This document shows, one piece after another, positions 8,069 to 17,400 of a stretch of 64,000 nt of DNA. Source of the stretch: a virus. Every line of letters begins with the position of its first letter. Within the stretch, counting starts at the first letter, position 1. The DNA lies in IMG/VR virus record IMGVR_UViG_3300036832_000855, positions 1 through 64,000 of that record; one strand, written 5' to 3'. The position numbers and the translations under genes were made by a program. The notes beneath the pieces are model-generated. The model had not been told where the DNA came from and searched no databases. It saw only the letters and a list, made by a program, of their open reading frames with translations.

Positions 8069-10711
8069 TCAGACGACCCGGTCCAGCGCGTACCAGAGCT
8101 TCTCGCCGCTCGGGCTCGTCGCAACCTCCACCCAGCCACCCGTGCCGCTGCCCTCATCCGGCCTCAGTCCGGTCACGAAGCCTTCGAGCAAGCCCCCATC
8201 CGCCAGCCGAACCTGCACCCGATCATGGCGCTGGATCGTCTGTCCCGCCTTGGTGACCAGGCTTGAGATCTCGGTCTCGATGTCCGACAGGTCGGGCCGG
8301 ACGATCGGCTCGAACTCCTGCGTGGCCGAGAGACCGGGTGAGGGCAGCGCGGCGCCCAGGTCGGTGACGTTCGGTCGCCTGATCTGCGCCAGCCGGATGA
8401 TCTCCGCGTACTGCTGCTCCGGGGTCATCTGGAACTTCATCATGCGGAGCTGCTGGCGCCGCTGCCCGTCGTCCAGGCCCGCGTCGTCCATGAGCTTCTT
8501 GAGCTGCGTGCGGTAGTCGAAGTAAGTGCCCGTGACGTTGTAGTCGTCCGGGTTGCGCTTCACCGCTTCGAGCACGTCGGTCATGCCGTAGGAGCGCAGC
8601 CAGTCGGCGACCTCCAGGTGCGCGGTCTCCTCGGTGAGTCCCTCCTCGACGTTCTTGCCCAGCCCCTGGTAGTTCCTGGAAGTGATGCCGCCGTCCACGC
8701 CGACGCCGTGGTTGATCTCGTGCTGCAGGATCTCCAGGTCGTTGTAGAACCTCAGGTGATCCCGGTCGCTCTGGGACACGCCGGGGTTCGCGGCAGCGTA
8801 CGCGCGGCCTGACAGGTAGTGCTCGATGTCGTCGAGGTAGCGCTTCTCGATCGAGATGGTGCCGTTCCACTCGTGGACGGCGGCGGCGCCGTCGTTGACG
8901 ATGTCGTGGACGACAGCCGCCACATTGACGCCGGTGCCGTACTTCTGGCCCAGCTCGTCGGCACGGCCGAGCGTGTCGACTAGCAGCTCGTCGAGGTTCT
9001 TCGGGGCCTGGCCCTCCGGTAGCCGGGTGCGCCTGCCGCCTTGCGGGTTCGGCGTGATCTGCACCGCGATCACACCTCCGCGCTTCTGCTCCTCCGTCAG
9101 CCGCCGGTCGTCGCGTGGCCCCTCGATCACCTTCTCGTCCGGTTTGGACAGGTGCAGGTTGCCGCCCCAGTCGACGTTGTACCGGTTGCCGTCCTCGCCC
9201 TGCAAGATGGCCCACAGGCCCTCGGGGTGATTCGACGTCACCTCGCGACCAACCCAGTTGTAGTGCTGGGTCGCCAACCGCTTGACTACTGCGTCACGCC
9301 GCGCTTGCCACGCCGCCGCTGCCGCTGACGATCCAGAGCCAGCGGGGCGCCGGTCGTTCTCCTTCCTGAGGTCGACCACCGCCTGATAGGTGAGGCGATC
9401 GTCGAGCTTCCCGTTGGGGTCCAGCATCTGGTCGACCGCGTCCTCCATCTCCTTGTGCCAGTCCTTCTGCTCCTTCTGGCCCACGATCGTCACGGTCTCG
9501 CCGTGCTTGCCGCGCAGCGTGTCAGTGATGCCGTCCGCCTCGGTGGTGCGCTGGCGGTGTTGCAGCCCGGCGCTCTCCAGCATCGCGGACGCGTCAGCCA
9601 TGCTCTGGTTCCCCAGCGCTCTGCGCAGCGCCTCGCCGTTGGCGCTGGTGACCGCCGATTCGATCGCGGCTACGGCCTCGGCCCGCTTAGCGCGAGCTTG
9701 CTGCACGCGAGCTTCACGCTGGGCGCGCTCAGCCGCGATCTGGGCCTGGCCCTCCTTCCACACGCGCACCTCTTCGGCGCGCATCTCAGGCGTGGCGATC
9801 ATGTGATCCCAGACCATCGACCCGTGGCCCGCGTTCATGACCTCCAGCCCGCCGCCCTTCTTCTGGCGCAGGTGGAGCACGAGCGAGTCGGGTGGCTCGC
9901 CGGGCTCGACGAACTGCTTGTCGAACCGGGTGAAGCCCTCGACGCCGAACGGCAGGCTGCCGGTCGGCAGCTCGTCGCGGTTGAGCGACTTGCTCATCGT
10001 CCAGCCGCTGTCGATCATGTGCAGCGCGTTGACGACCGGCCCAGCGTCATCGCCGGGCTTGATGGAGGAGAACGGGTCGGCGCGCACCTTGGTCATGAAG
10101 CCGTGCCACTCGTCGGGGCTCATCTCCTGCGCGGGCCCGCCGGGTGCCACCGCTGTGCGCGGCGCCTCGACACGGGTCCACTTGCCGTCGCGTAGCTCGA
10201 CGCGGTGCAGACGATCGGGGGGGATCACGTCCTGCGTCAGGACCGCGTGCCCGATGCCCTCGGGGTCCGGCCTGACGGACACGTCGTGCGTGTCGACCTC
10301 CCAGACGTCGTGCAGACTTGGCGCGTACATCTGCTGGACGGCCTCGGGGCTGGTCCACAGGTAGTTGCCGCGCGACTTCATCGGCTTGGTGCCGACGATC
10401 GGCATGCCCCTGGTGCTGTCGATCCCGTGCTTCTCGATCTCCGCGCGCTTGCCCTTCGGCGCGACGTGGAACATCTTGTTGATCCACTTCCCACCGCGCC
10501 CGCGCGGATGAAGCTCTTCGGCGTAGCTCGCCTCCTGCATGCCGCCGAGCACGGCGCGGATGCTGTCCTTCGACTCCTGCGCGATCCGGCGCGAGAAGTC
10601 GCGCATATCGTCGGTCACGCGCGCGTCGCGCTGGCGCTGCTCCTCGGCAGCGTCGCCCTGCTCCTCGGCGCCGATCACGCCGTCGCCCACGGTCAGTGGT
10701 GCCCAGCTCAC
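8069..10711 (-). CDS. polyvalent virion protein: LHPR tag, ART-like domain, zincin metallopeptidase
   Basis: MQEASYAEELHPRGRGGKW; FHVAPKGKRAEIEKHGI...NYLWTSP...VWEVD (ART-like); ILQHEINH...VEEGLTE (HExxH+E). Confidence 0.7.
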   Translation of the reverse strand: MSWAPLTVGDGVIGAEEQGDAAEEQRQRDARVTDDMRDFSRRIAQESKDSIRAVLGGMQEASYAEELHPRGRGGKWINKMFHVAPKGKRAEIEKHGIDSTRGMPIVGTKPMKSRGNYLWTSPEAVQQMYAPSLHDVWEVDTHDVSVRPDPEGIGHAVLTQDVIPPDRLHRVELRDGKWTRVEAPRTAVAPGGPAQEMSPDEWHGFMTKVRADPFSSIKPGDDAGPVVNALHMIDSGWTMSKSLNRDELPTGSLPFGVEGFTRFDKQFVEPGEPPDSLVLHLRQKKGGGLEVMNAGHGSMVWDHMIATPEMRAEEVRVWKEGQAQIAAERAQREARVQQARAKRAEAVAAIESAVTSANGEALRRALGNQSMADASAMLESAGLQHRQRTTEADGITDTLRGKHGETVTIVGQKEQKDWHKEMEDAVDQMLDPNGKLDDRLTYQAVVDLRKENDRRPAGSGSSAAAAAWQARRDAVVKRLATQHYNWVGREVTSNHPEGLWAILQGEDGNRYNVDWGGNLHLSKPDEKVIEGPRDDRRLTEEQKRGGVIAVQITPNPQGGRRTRLPEGQAPKNLDELLVDTLGRADELGQKYGTGVNVAAVVHDIVNDGAAAVHEWNGTISIEKRYLDDIEHYLSGRAYAAANPGVSQSDRDHLRFYNDLEILQHEINHGVGVDGGITSRNYQGLGKNVEEGLTEETAHLEVADWLRSYGMTDVLEAVKRNPDDYNVTGTYFDYRTQLKKLMDDAGLDDGQRRQQLRMMKFQMTPEQQYAEIIRLAQIRRPNVTDLGAALPSPGLSATQEFEPIVRPDLSDIETEISSLVTKAGQTIQRHDRVQVRLADGGLLEGFVTGLRPDEGSGTGGWVEVATSPSGEKLWYALDRVV

Positions 10712-13700
10712 TTCTTGCCCCCCTTCTTCGCCTTCTTGGCCGCCGCTTCCTTACGCGCCAGCTCGTCGCTCAGGTACTTCTGCTGCACCCAGATGACCGC
10801 CTGCGCCTCCTGCGGCAGCCAGCCCATCTCGTGCGCCACCGCAACCACCTGGTCGGCAACCCACTTGTAGCCCGACCCCCCGGCCTTCTCAGCCAGGATA
10901 TCGCCGAGCCCCTCGGCGGTCGTTGCCTTGCCGTACTCCTTCTTGCCGACGGTGCCGAGCGTCGCGCGCCCCATGTGCGCGTCGATCGTGGCGGTCGTCT
11001 CAAGCTGCGGCCACGCCAGGTTGTTGTAGAACGAGCGCGTCTTCGGAGCGTTCAGCACAACGTCCGGGTTCTCGCCGCGCGCGAGCCGCACCGCCTTCTC
11101 GACGGACGTCCCGAGCCCGCCGAGATCGTTGACCGCCAGCAGGTGGTCGACGAGCGCGGGCGCTGGCACGTTCGAGTACGCGCGTGCCGCCTTCAGCGAG
11201 CGGAGCGCGAGATCCAGGTTCGGGTAGTCGATCTCGCCGGTGTCCTTGTCGGTGTGATCCCAGGACAACTGTGGCGACGTCGCCGCGACCATCGCCGCGA
11301 ACGTGGTCGGGTCGACGTTGTTCGCCTTCGCGATCGCCTCGATCTGGTCGTGCGCGGTCTGGTACCAGTGCTGCTGGCGGTCGGCGACGCCGCGATCCTG
11401 CGCGCCCTTGATCAGGGCGCGGAAGCGTTCGCGGACAACCTCCGGGTCGAGCCACTTCTCCGGGGCCTCGCCGCGCTGCGCGACCGGCTCGGGCGTCGGC
11501 GTGAGCCGGTTGAGCGCGTCCTCGTACTTCGGGCGCAGATGCTCCAGCTCGGGCACGAGCCGCCCCAGGTTGTGCTGCAGGTCGGCGCGCTTGACCTCGC
11601 GCGCCAGCTCCCCGGCCGTGCCCTTCGCCGTCGCGATCCGCTCGATGTAGTCGTCGTAGTTCATGTCGTCGCCCGGCGGGCGCGTCAGCAGCTTGATCGC
11701 GTCGAGCATCTCGTCTGCCTGCTCGGGCTTCGTGACCCGGGGCTCGATCAGCGCGGCTCTCAGGTCTTCGGGCGTCAGCTTGGTGTCTTCGAGCGCGTCG
11801 TGGAACAGCGCAACCGGCTTCGCCCGGTCGCTCACCGAATCGGCGACGGCGAGCACATGCTCGATGTACGGCCGCTTCTGCAGGTCGGTCTGGCCCGCGT
11901 GAGCGTTGTTGGCGACGTTGTAGAGCTTGTGCAGCCACCGACCACGCAGGCCGCCGCTCGGGACGTACTCGCCCGCGGCGCGCGCTGACCGACGGGCACC
12001 GCCGGACGGGCGCTCGGGAACGTACTCGCCCGGCTTGCCGGTCGGCTCCCACCCGGCCACGACCTTGCCCAGCTCGGCGGCGGCGTCCTGCGCCTCGGTG
12101 CGCTTCGCCCGTCCCGCCCTGGTGGTGCTGGTGCGCGCAGTCGCGGCGCTCTTGCCCTTCGGCGCCTTGATCTCCTTCAGCACGACCTTCGCGGTGTGCT
12201 CGCGCACCTCGGGCGACTCCTTGGGCAGACGCAGCCGGACGGCTTCGCGGACCATGTCCTGGTAACTCTGCCCTTCGTCCTTCCAGCCGTGCTGCTTCTG
12301 CAGCCAGCGCCCGAGCCGATCTCGCGGGTGCAAGACCTCTTGGTAGATGTTCGCCTCGGCCAGCTCGACCGCCTCCTCGGCGTGCTGGGCCGCCAGGCGC
12401 TCGGCGCGCTGCAGCAGCCACTCCCGCCGGTTCAGGGTCGGGTTGACCACGACCTCGCCTAGTAGCTGGCGGAGCACGGCGCCCATCCGCGGCCCGGGCT
12501 CCATGCCGTTCGCGATCAGGTCGTTGCCGGTCACGTTCAGATCCTTCAGCGAGCGCGGCGCCTCCACGTTCTCGGCCAGCAGCCCGCGCAGCTTGTGCAC
12601 GCCCTCCAGGCTCTTCGCGATCGCGTCGCCGTGGCCTTCCATGTCGGCCTGCTTGTGGTCCAGCAGGTCGGTCAAGAAGCGGTCGGAGTGCAGGGCGCGC
12701 AGGCGGCGGGCCTTGACCGGCGTCGGCTTCTCGACGGCCGTGAGCATGTGCTCGCGGACGAGGCCGGTCACGTGGTTGATCGTGTCCCGCGGGTAGTTCA
12801 GCCGCTCCAGCGTGCTGCGCGCGATGTTGGCGCCGACGTCCTGGTGGTTGCCGTGCTCGGGGTGCGAGTGAAAGCGGAACGTGTCGGCGCCCGGCTTGAG
12901 ATTCGCGGTGGCTGGCTTGCCCGAGTCGTGGAACAGCGCCGCCAGCCGCGCCTCGTAGCTCGCACCCATGCGCGCCAGCTCGTCGACCACCTCGAACGTG
13001 TGCTCGTCGAGCACGTGCTCGTGGTAGGGCGAGCGCTGATCGAAGCCGACCATCGGCGCCAGCTCGGGGAGCAGCGCCTGGAGCATGCCGGTGTCGCGCA
13101 TCACCCGCAGCGCCTTGCCGGGGTCGTCGCCCATCAGCAGCTTGCGCAGCTCGTCCTGGACGGTGCCGGACACGCCCTTGTTGGTGAGCGCGGTCATGCC
13201 ACCGGAGTCGCGGCGCATCAGCGCCAGCGTCTCGGCGTCCGGCTCAAGGTTGTGCTGGGAGATGAACCGCGCGCCGCGAAGCATACGCAGCGGGTCCTCC
13301 TGAAAACTGGTGTCATGGACGACGTGCAGGATGTGGCTGCGCGCGTCCTCGACGCCGCGGCCGGTCGGGTCGGTGATCACGCCCGTCTTCGGGTCGCGGT
13401 ACAGCGCGTTGACGGTGAAGTCCCGGCGCTGCGCGTCGTCGGCGAGCATCTGCTCGGGTGTCGCGTCGCCGCCCAGGCCCGGGTGCGGCACGATCGTGAA
13501 GTCGTGGCGTCCGGCGCCGGTGGACTGCTCGACGCGCGGCGGGACGATCTCGACGCCGCCGGGTGGCAGGTCCGGGTGCGTGGCGCGGACGCCGACGAGC
13601 CGGTCGCGGACCATCAGCGGCTCGGCCTTGCCGCCCGCGTCCTTCACCGCCTGCTGGATGCGCTCCGGGTGCTCGACGGCGACGTAGTCGATGTCCTTCG

Positions 13701-14040
13701 GGGTCTTGCCCAGCAGCTCGTCGCGCGGCGCCCCGCCGACCTCGCGCAGGTGCGCGAGACCCAGCTTCTCCATCCACTTGCCACTCCGATCGCGCGGGTG
13801 AAGCGCCTCGACGTACTTGGGCGGACCGTAGTCCGGCCCGTGGACCATCCGCATGCGCTCCCAGAAGCTCTCGGGCGTGTCCTTGTGCTGGTGCGCCTCC
13901 TGTAGCTCGCCGTTGCCGTTGCTGTCGACGAGCGCCTTGACCCGCTGCCAGAACTCGAAGTCGTCGCCGGGCTCGTCTGGCGCGTCGGACAGGCTCGGCA
14001 TGCCGTCCGAGACGATCGCCGCTGCCGTCGCCCAATCCAT
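10708..14040 (-). CDS. polyvalent protein: CCA-adding/poly(A) polymerase-type NTase + HD; RelA/SpoT-type HD hydrolase; C-terminal HhH-glycosylase-like domain
   Basis: VGGAPRD..DID..RRDFTVNAL..EDPLRMLRGARF; ALFHDSGKP; HAGQ..PYIEH..ALFHDALED; WY..ATSPQ..KTRSFYNNL..TIDAH..QAVIW; start re-called to ATG 14040 (TGATG overlap). Confidence 0.88.
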   Translation of the reverse strand: MDWATAAAIVSDGMPSLSDAPDEPGDDFEFWQRVKALVDSNGNGELQEAHQHKDTPESFWERMRMVHGPDYGPPKYVEALHPRDRSGKWMEKLGLAHLREVGGAPRDELLGKTPKDIDYVAVEHPERIQQAVKDAGGKAEPLMVRDRLVGVRATHPDLPPGGVEIVPPRVEQSTGAGRHDFTIVPHPGLGGDATPEQMLADDAQRRDFTVNALYRDPKTGVITDPTGRGVEDARSHILHVVHDTSFQEDPLRMLRGARFISQHNLEPDAETLALMRRDSGGMTALTNKGVSGTVQDELRKLLMGDDPGKALRVMRDTGMLQALLPELAPMVGFDQRSPYHEHVLDEHTFEVVDELARMGASYEARLAALFHDSGKPATANLKPGADTFRFHSHPEHGNHQDVGANIARSTLERLNYPRDTINHVTGLVREHMLTAVEKPTPVKARRLRALHSDRFLTDLLDHKQADMEGHGDAIAKSLEGVHKLRGLLAENVEAPRSLKDLNVTGNDLIANGMEPGPRMGAVLRQLLGEVVVNPTLNRREWLLQRAERLAAQHAEEAVELAEANIYQEVLHPRDRLGRWLQKQHGWKDEGQSYQDMVREAVRLRLPKESPEVREHTAKVVLKEIKAPKGKSAATARTSTTRAGRAKRTEAQDAAAELGKVVAGWEPTGKPGEYVPERPSGGARRSARAAGEYVPSGGLRGRWLHKLYNVANNAHAGQTDLQKRPYIEHVLAVADSVSDRAKPVALFHDALEDTKLTPEDLRAALIEPRVTKPEQADEMLDAIKLLTRPPGDDMNYDDYIERIATAKGTAGELAREVKRADLQHNLGRLVPELEHLRPKYEDALNRLTPTPEPVAQRGEAPEKWLDPEVVRERFRALIKGAQDRGVADRQQHWYQTAHDQIEAIAKANNVDPTTFAAMVAATSPQLSWDHTDKDTGEIDYPNLDLALRSLKAARAYSNVPAPALVDHLLAVNDLGGLGTSVEKAVRLARGENPDVVLNAPKTRSFYNNLAWPQLETTATIDAHMGRATLGTVGKKEYGKATTAEGLGDILAEKAGGSGYKWVADQVVAVAHEMGWLPQEAQAVIWVQQKYLSDELARKEAAAKKAKKGGKK

Positions 14041-14384
14041 CAGGCGGACTTCCCCCAGTACCCGGCGTCGCCGTCGAACACGGTCGGCGTCGCGCCGTGC
14101 TCCAGCGCCGCCTCCAGCCCGTCGGCCGCCTCCTGCGGCGTCATGTCCTTCGGCGCCCACAGTCCAACGGCGTCAGCGCCGGGCGCGCCGACCACCACGA
14201 ACATCCCGGCGTCAGTCCGGATCGTCCCGTACAGCAGCGGCCAGTCCGGCTCGACCTCGGCCTCTCTCATCGCCACGCCCTTGCTCTCGAACCAGTCCGG
14301 TCCGAGCGGGAGCACGGCCACCTCGCGCATTCCGAAGAACTCGTCCGGCACCGCCGGGCCGTCTCGATCACTTGTCCACTTCAT
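14040..14384 (-). CDS. hypothetical protein (moron-like insert with its own promoter)
   Basis: GAGGAGG RBS and promoter motif at 14426-14446. Confidence 0.7.
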   Translation of the reverse strand: MKWTSDRDGPAVPDEFFGMREVAVLPLGPDWFESKGVAMREAEVEPDWPLLYGTIRTDAGMFVVVGAPGADAVGLWAPKDMTPQEAADGLEAALEHGATPTVFDGDAGYWGKSA

Positions 14385-14425
14385 GACTTCACCTCCTCGG
14401 CCGACTCTGGATATTCCCACCAATA

Positions 14426-14446
14426 ACGATAGCACACATCGTGCGC
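14426..14446 (-). promoter_or_regulatory. Phage promoter motif GCGCACGATGTGTGC-TATCGT
   Basis: Recurrent motif. Confidence 0.7.
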
Positions 14447-14457
14447 CAGCGCAACGT

Positions 14458-17400
14458 TTAGGCACCGATGACGCGTACGGCGTGAACCTTCAGCTTCGCG
14501 ACCGGGACGCGCCCGTACTTCGTCTCCTCGGTCTCGGTCCGCGGTCCGGACACACCCGAGCGCTCCTCGTTGGCGTGCTGGTTCGGCGAGTCGGGCGTCC
14601 ACGAGTAGTGCGGGATGCCGTATTCGGAGTCCGGTGCGACCTTGGTGTGGAACTCGACCAGGACCCGGCCTCTCGCGCGCTCACCCGCGATCGTCTTGTC
14701 GTCGGGACGCCGCGGCTGGGCGCGGACTGCAGAGATGCCGCGGCCCTGGGTGCCCGGCAGCCCCCACACCACACCGTTCTCGGCGATCTTCCGCGCCGAC
14801 TCGGGTGACTCGAAGCGGTACCAGGTGCGAGCGGCCACCTCGGCGTTCGCCTGTTCGCGCTCGGCTGTCTTGCGCGCCTTGCGTTGAGCCTCGTCAGCGG
14901 CCAGCTCCGCCGTGATCTCGGCTCGCAGCCGCTCGCTCTCAACGCGATCGTGCACGGTCTTCGCGGCCTCCTCGGCCGTCCCGTACAGCATCGTCGCGCC
15001 GTCGGGGCGCGTGACCTCGTAGCCGTGGCGCGTGCGGGCGACTCGATGGCCGTCGGGCAGCTCGACCCGGCCGCCGCCCCGGCCGCGCAGGCTCGGTCTC
15101 GGAAGCTCCTTGAGCATCTCGGCGAAGTGGCCGTGCCAGCCTCGCGCGTGCTTCGTCGGATCCCAGAAGCGCTGCACCCCGATCTCGGCCCGCTCGATGA
15201 GCGCCAGCTCCTCCTCGTACGCCTCCCGCAGGCTGGGCGCCGTGACGGTGACCGGCCGTGATCCCTTCCAGCGCGAGCCGATCAGGAGCTGCTTGCCGAG
15301 CCACGTCCGCCCCTCGTGGGTCGGAGCGGGCCGGTCGTAGGCGCCGCGCACCTCGGGCAGCGCCTCCTCGTGCCACGGCCGGTCGATGCCGTAGGCCGCC
15401 AGCTCGGCCTCGGAGGAGAACTCGCCCCGCTCGATCTTGCCCTCGAACTCGGACAGCGCCGCCGGTGGCGTGTGCTTGACGATCTGCGCCCAGCGCCCGT
15501 CGGCTTTCGCGTCGGCCACGATCCGCTGCTGCTCGGCCTTTGCGTCGCCGGTCCACACGAACCCGCGCCGGGCCCACGCGTAGCCGCCAACGGAGACCGC
15601 CTCGACGTTGATCCGGTCGACGCCGCCCTCGCGCAGCGTCTTGAACAGGTGATCGGTGAACGCCCGGCCGAAGCCGTGCTGCTGCTCGCCCTCGCGGAGG
15701 TAGATGTTCGCGTACTCGGCCACGCGCTCCTCGCGGTTGTTCGGCGGCCGGACGATCACGCGCGCCAGCCCGACCGGCCGCTCCTCGCCCTTCTTCTGCA
15801 GGTTCAGCCACACCTCGCCGTACAGGTTCTGGACGCTGGTGCGGTTGGCGCGTACCGCCACGATCCCACCGTGCTCGAAGCCATCCATCGCGCGGGCGAA
15901 GTCCTCGCCGGTGAAGCCCTCGTGCGGCTCTGCGGGCTCGGTCTGCTTGATCTCGTGGTGGATCGCGTCGACCCATACGCCACCCCGTCCGCGCGGGTGG
16001 AGCCACTCCGTCCAGTGCTTCTCCTCCAGCTCCGCCGTCTCTTGCAGCGCCCCGATGTGCTCCAGGACGGCGCGCTCGGCCTCGTCCCAGTCGGTGAACG
16101 TCGGGACCGGCTCGACCGGCTCGCCGCCGTGGCCCATGAACACGACGTCGGGCGAGTCCAGGCTCGCCATGTCCCAGCCTTCCGGCTTGTGCTCGGGGTC
16201 GAACTTCAGGCGCACCACCTCGGTGAACCCGTGGCGCCGGTAGATCTTGGGCAGCGCTCCGTCGAAGCAGTTCAGCCACGTCCCGCCGTTCGCGACGGCG
16301 TGGTCGAGCGCTACGCCCCCGGCGCCCTGGTCGTTGTTCGCGAACAGGTTCCCGACCTCGCCGTCGGCCGAGACCGTGACGCCGGTGTGACCGTCGTCGG
16401 AGAGCCAGACTCGCTTGGCGCCTAGCTCTTCTTGGGACGGCTGGGTGATGAACTCGGAGTGGGGGTTGGCCTTGACGGCGTCGGTGTAGCGCTGGTACCC
16501 GGCGTCGGTGGACGCATCGAGCGGGGCGAGGCGAACCAGGTCGGCTCCCCGTGCTCGTCCACCGCTCCCGTCAGGGCCTCGCGCTTGAGCTGCTCGTTGT
16601 CCATTGGCTTCCTTCGTGAGCTTAGCAGCCGAGGTTGAGTCGGGCCGCACGAACAGGCCCTCCTCCGGATCCTTGTACATGACGGGCGAGACGGCCGTCA
16701 CCTGGCTCATCGGGATCCGCTTGCGCGTACGCAGGTAGCCGTCCTCGTTGCGGGTGAACCACTCTTCTTCGGGCCGCACGGTCATCTTCGCGATCACCGA
16801 CTCCGCGCCGCGCGGCAGGTACGACTGCGACGTCTGCGGGTCGATCCCCGCGTTCGTGCCCTCCCAGCTTCCGATCACGCCGCGCCGGTCGGACTGGATG
16901 TACCCGCGCTTGACGGCCTGGTTCCACTCGTCGATGCTCATGCCCCGGTACAGCTCCTTGATCGGCTCGGTGCCGATCGCCTTCGGGAACATCTGGTCGC
17001 CTGCGTGCTCGCCGTAGTCGGTCACCTTGAAGACGGGCTCGCCGTCGGTGTCCGGCGGGGGCTGCTGAACCGACAGCCACTTGCCGACATGCACGTCGTA
17101 GCCGGACTTCGGGTGGGTCTCCTTGCCGCCGTCGAGCTTCTGCGGGCTGAACCACTTCTGGAAGTTGTCGTCCATGTTCGCCAGCGTCACCGGCGTGCCC
17201 AGCTTCGCGCGCTCGTCCAGGTGCTTCTCGATCGCGTCAGCGACCACCTCCGGGTCGTACGTCTTCACCCGGTTGCCCGCCCCGACGCGCACGCTGTAGC
17301 CCTCGTCCTTGAGCCGCATGACGCTGTGGCCCTCGACGTCGGTGATGTCGTCCATCTTCGCGGCCTTGACCTGGCTCAGGATGTGGACCCAGCGGCCACC

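Noticed and set aside
11955-12032. Short duplicated segment encoding GEYVP twice
   Set aside because: About 20-bp local duplication in a linker; may mark a module junction but gives no evidence of function.
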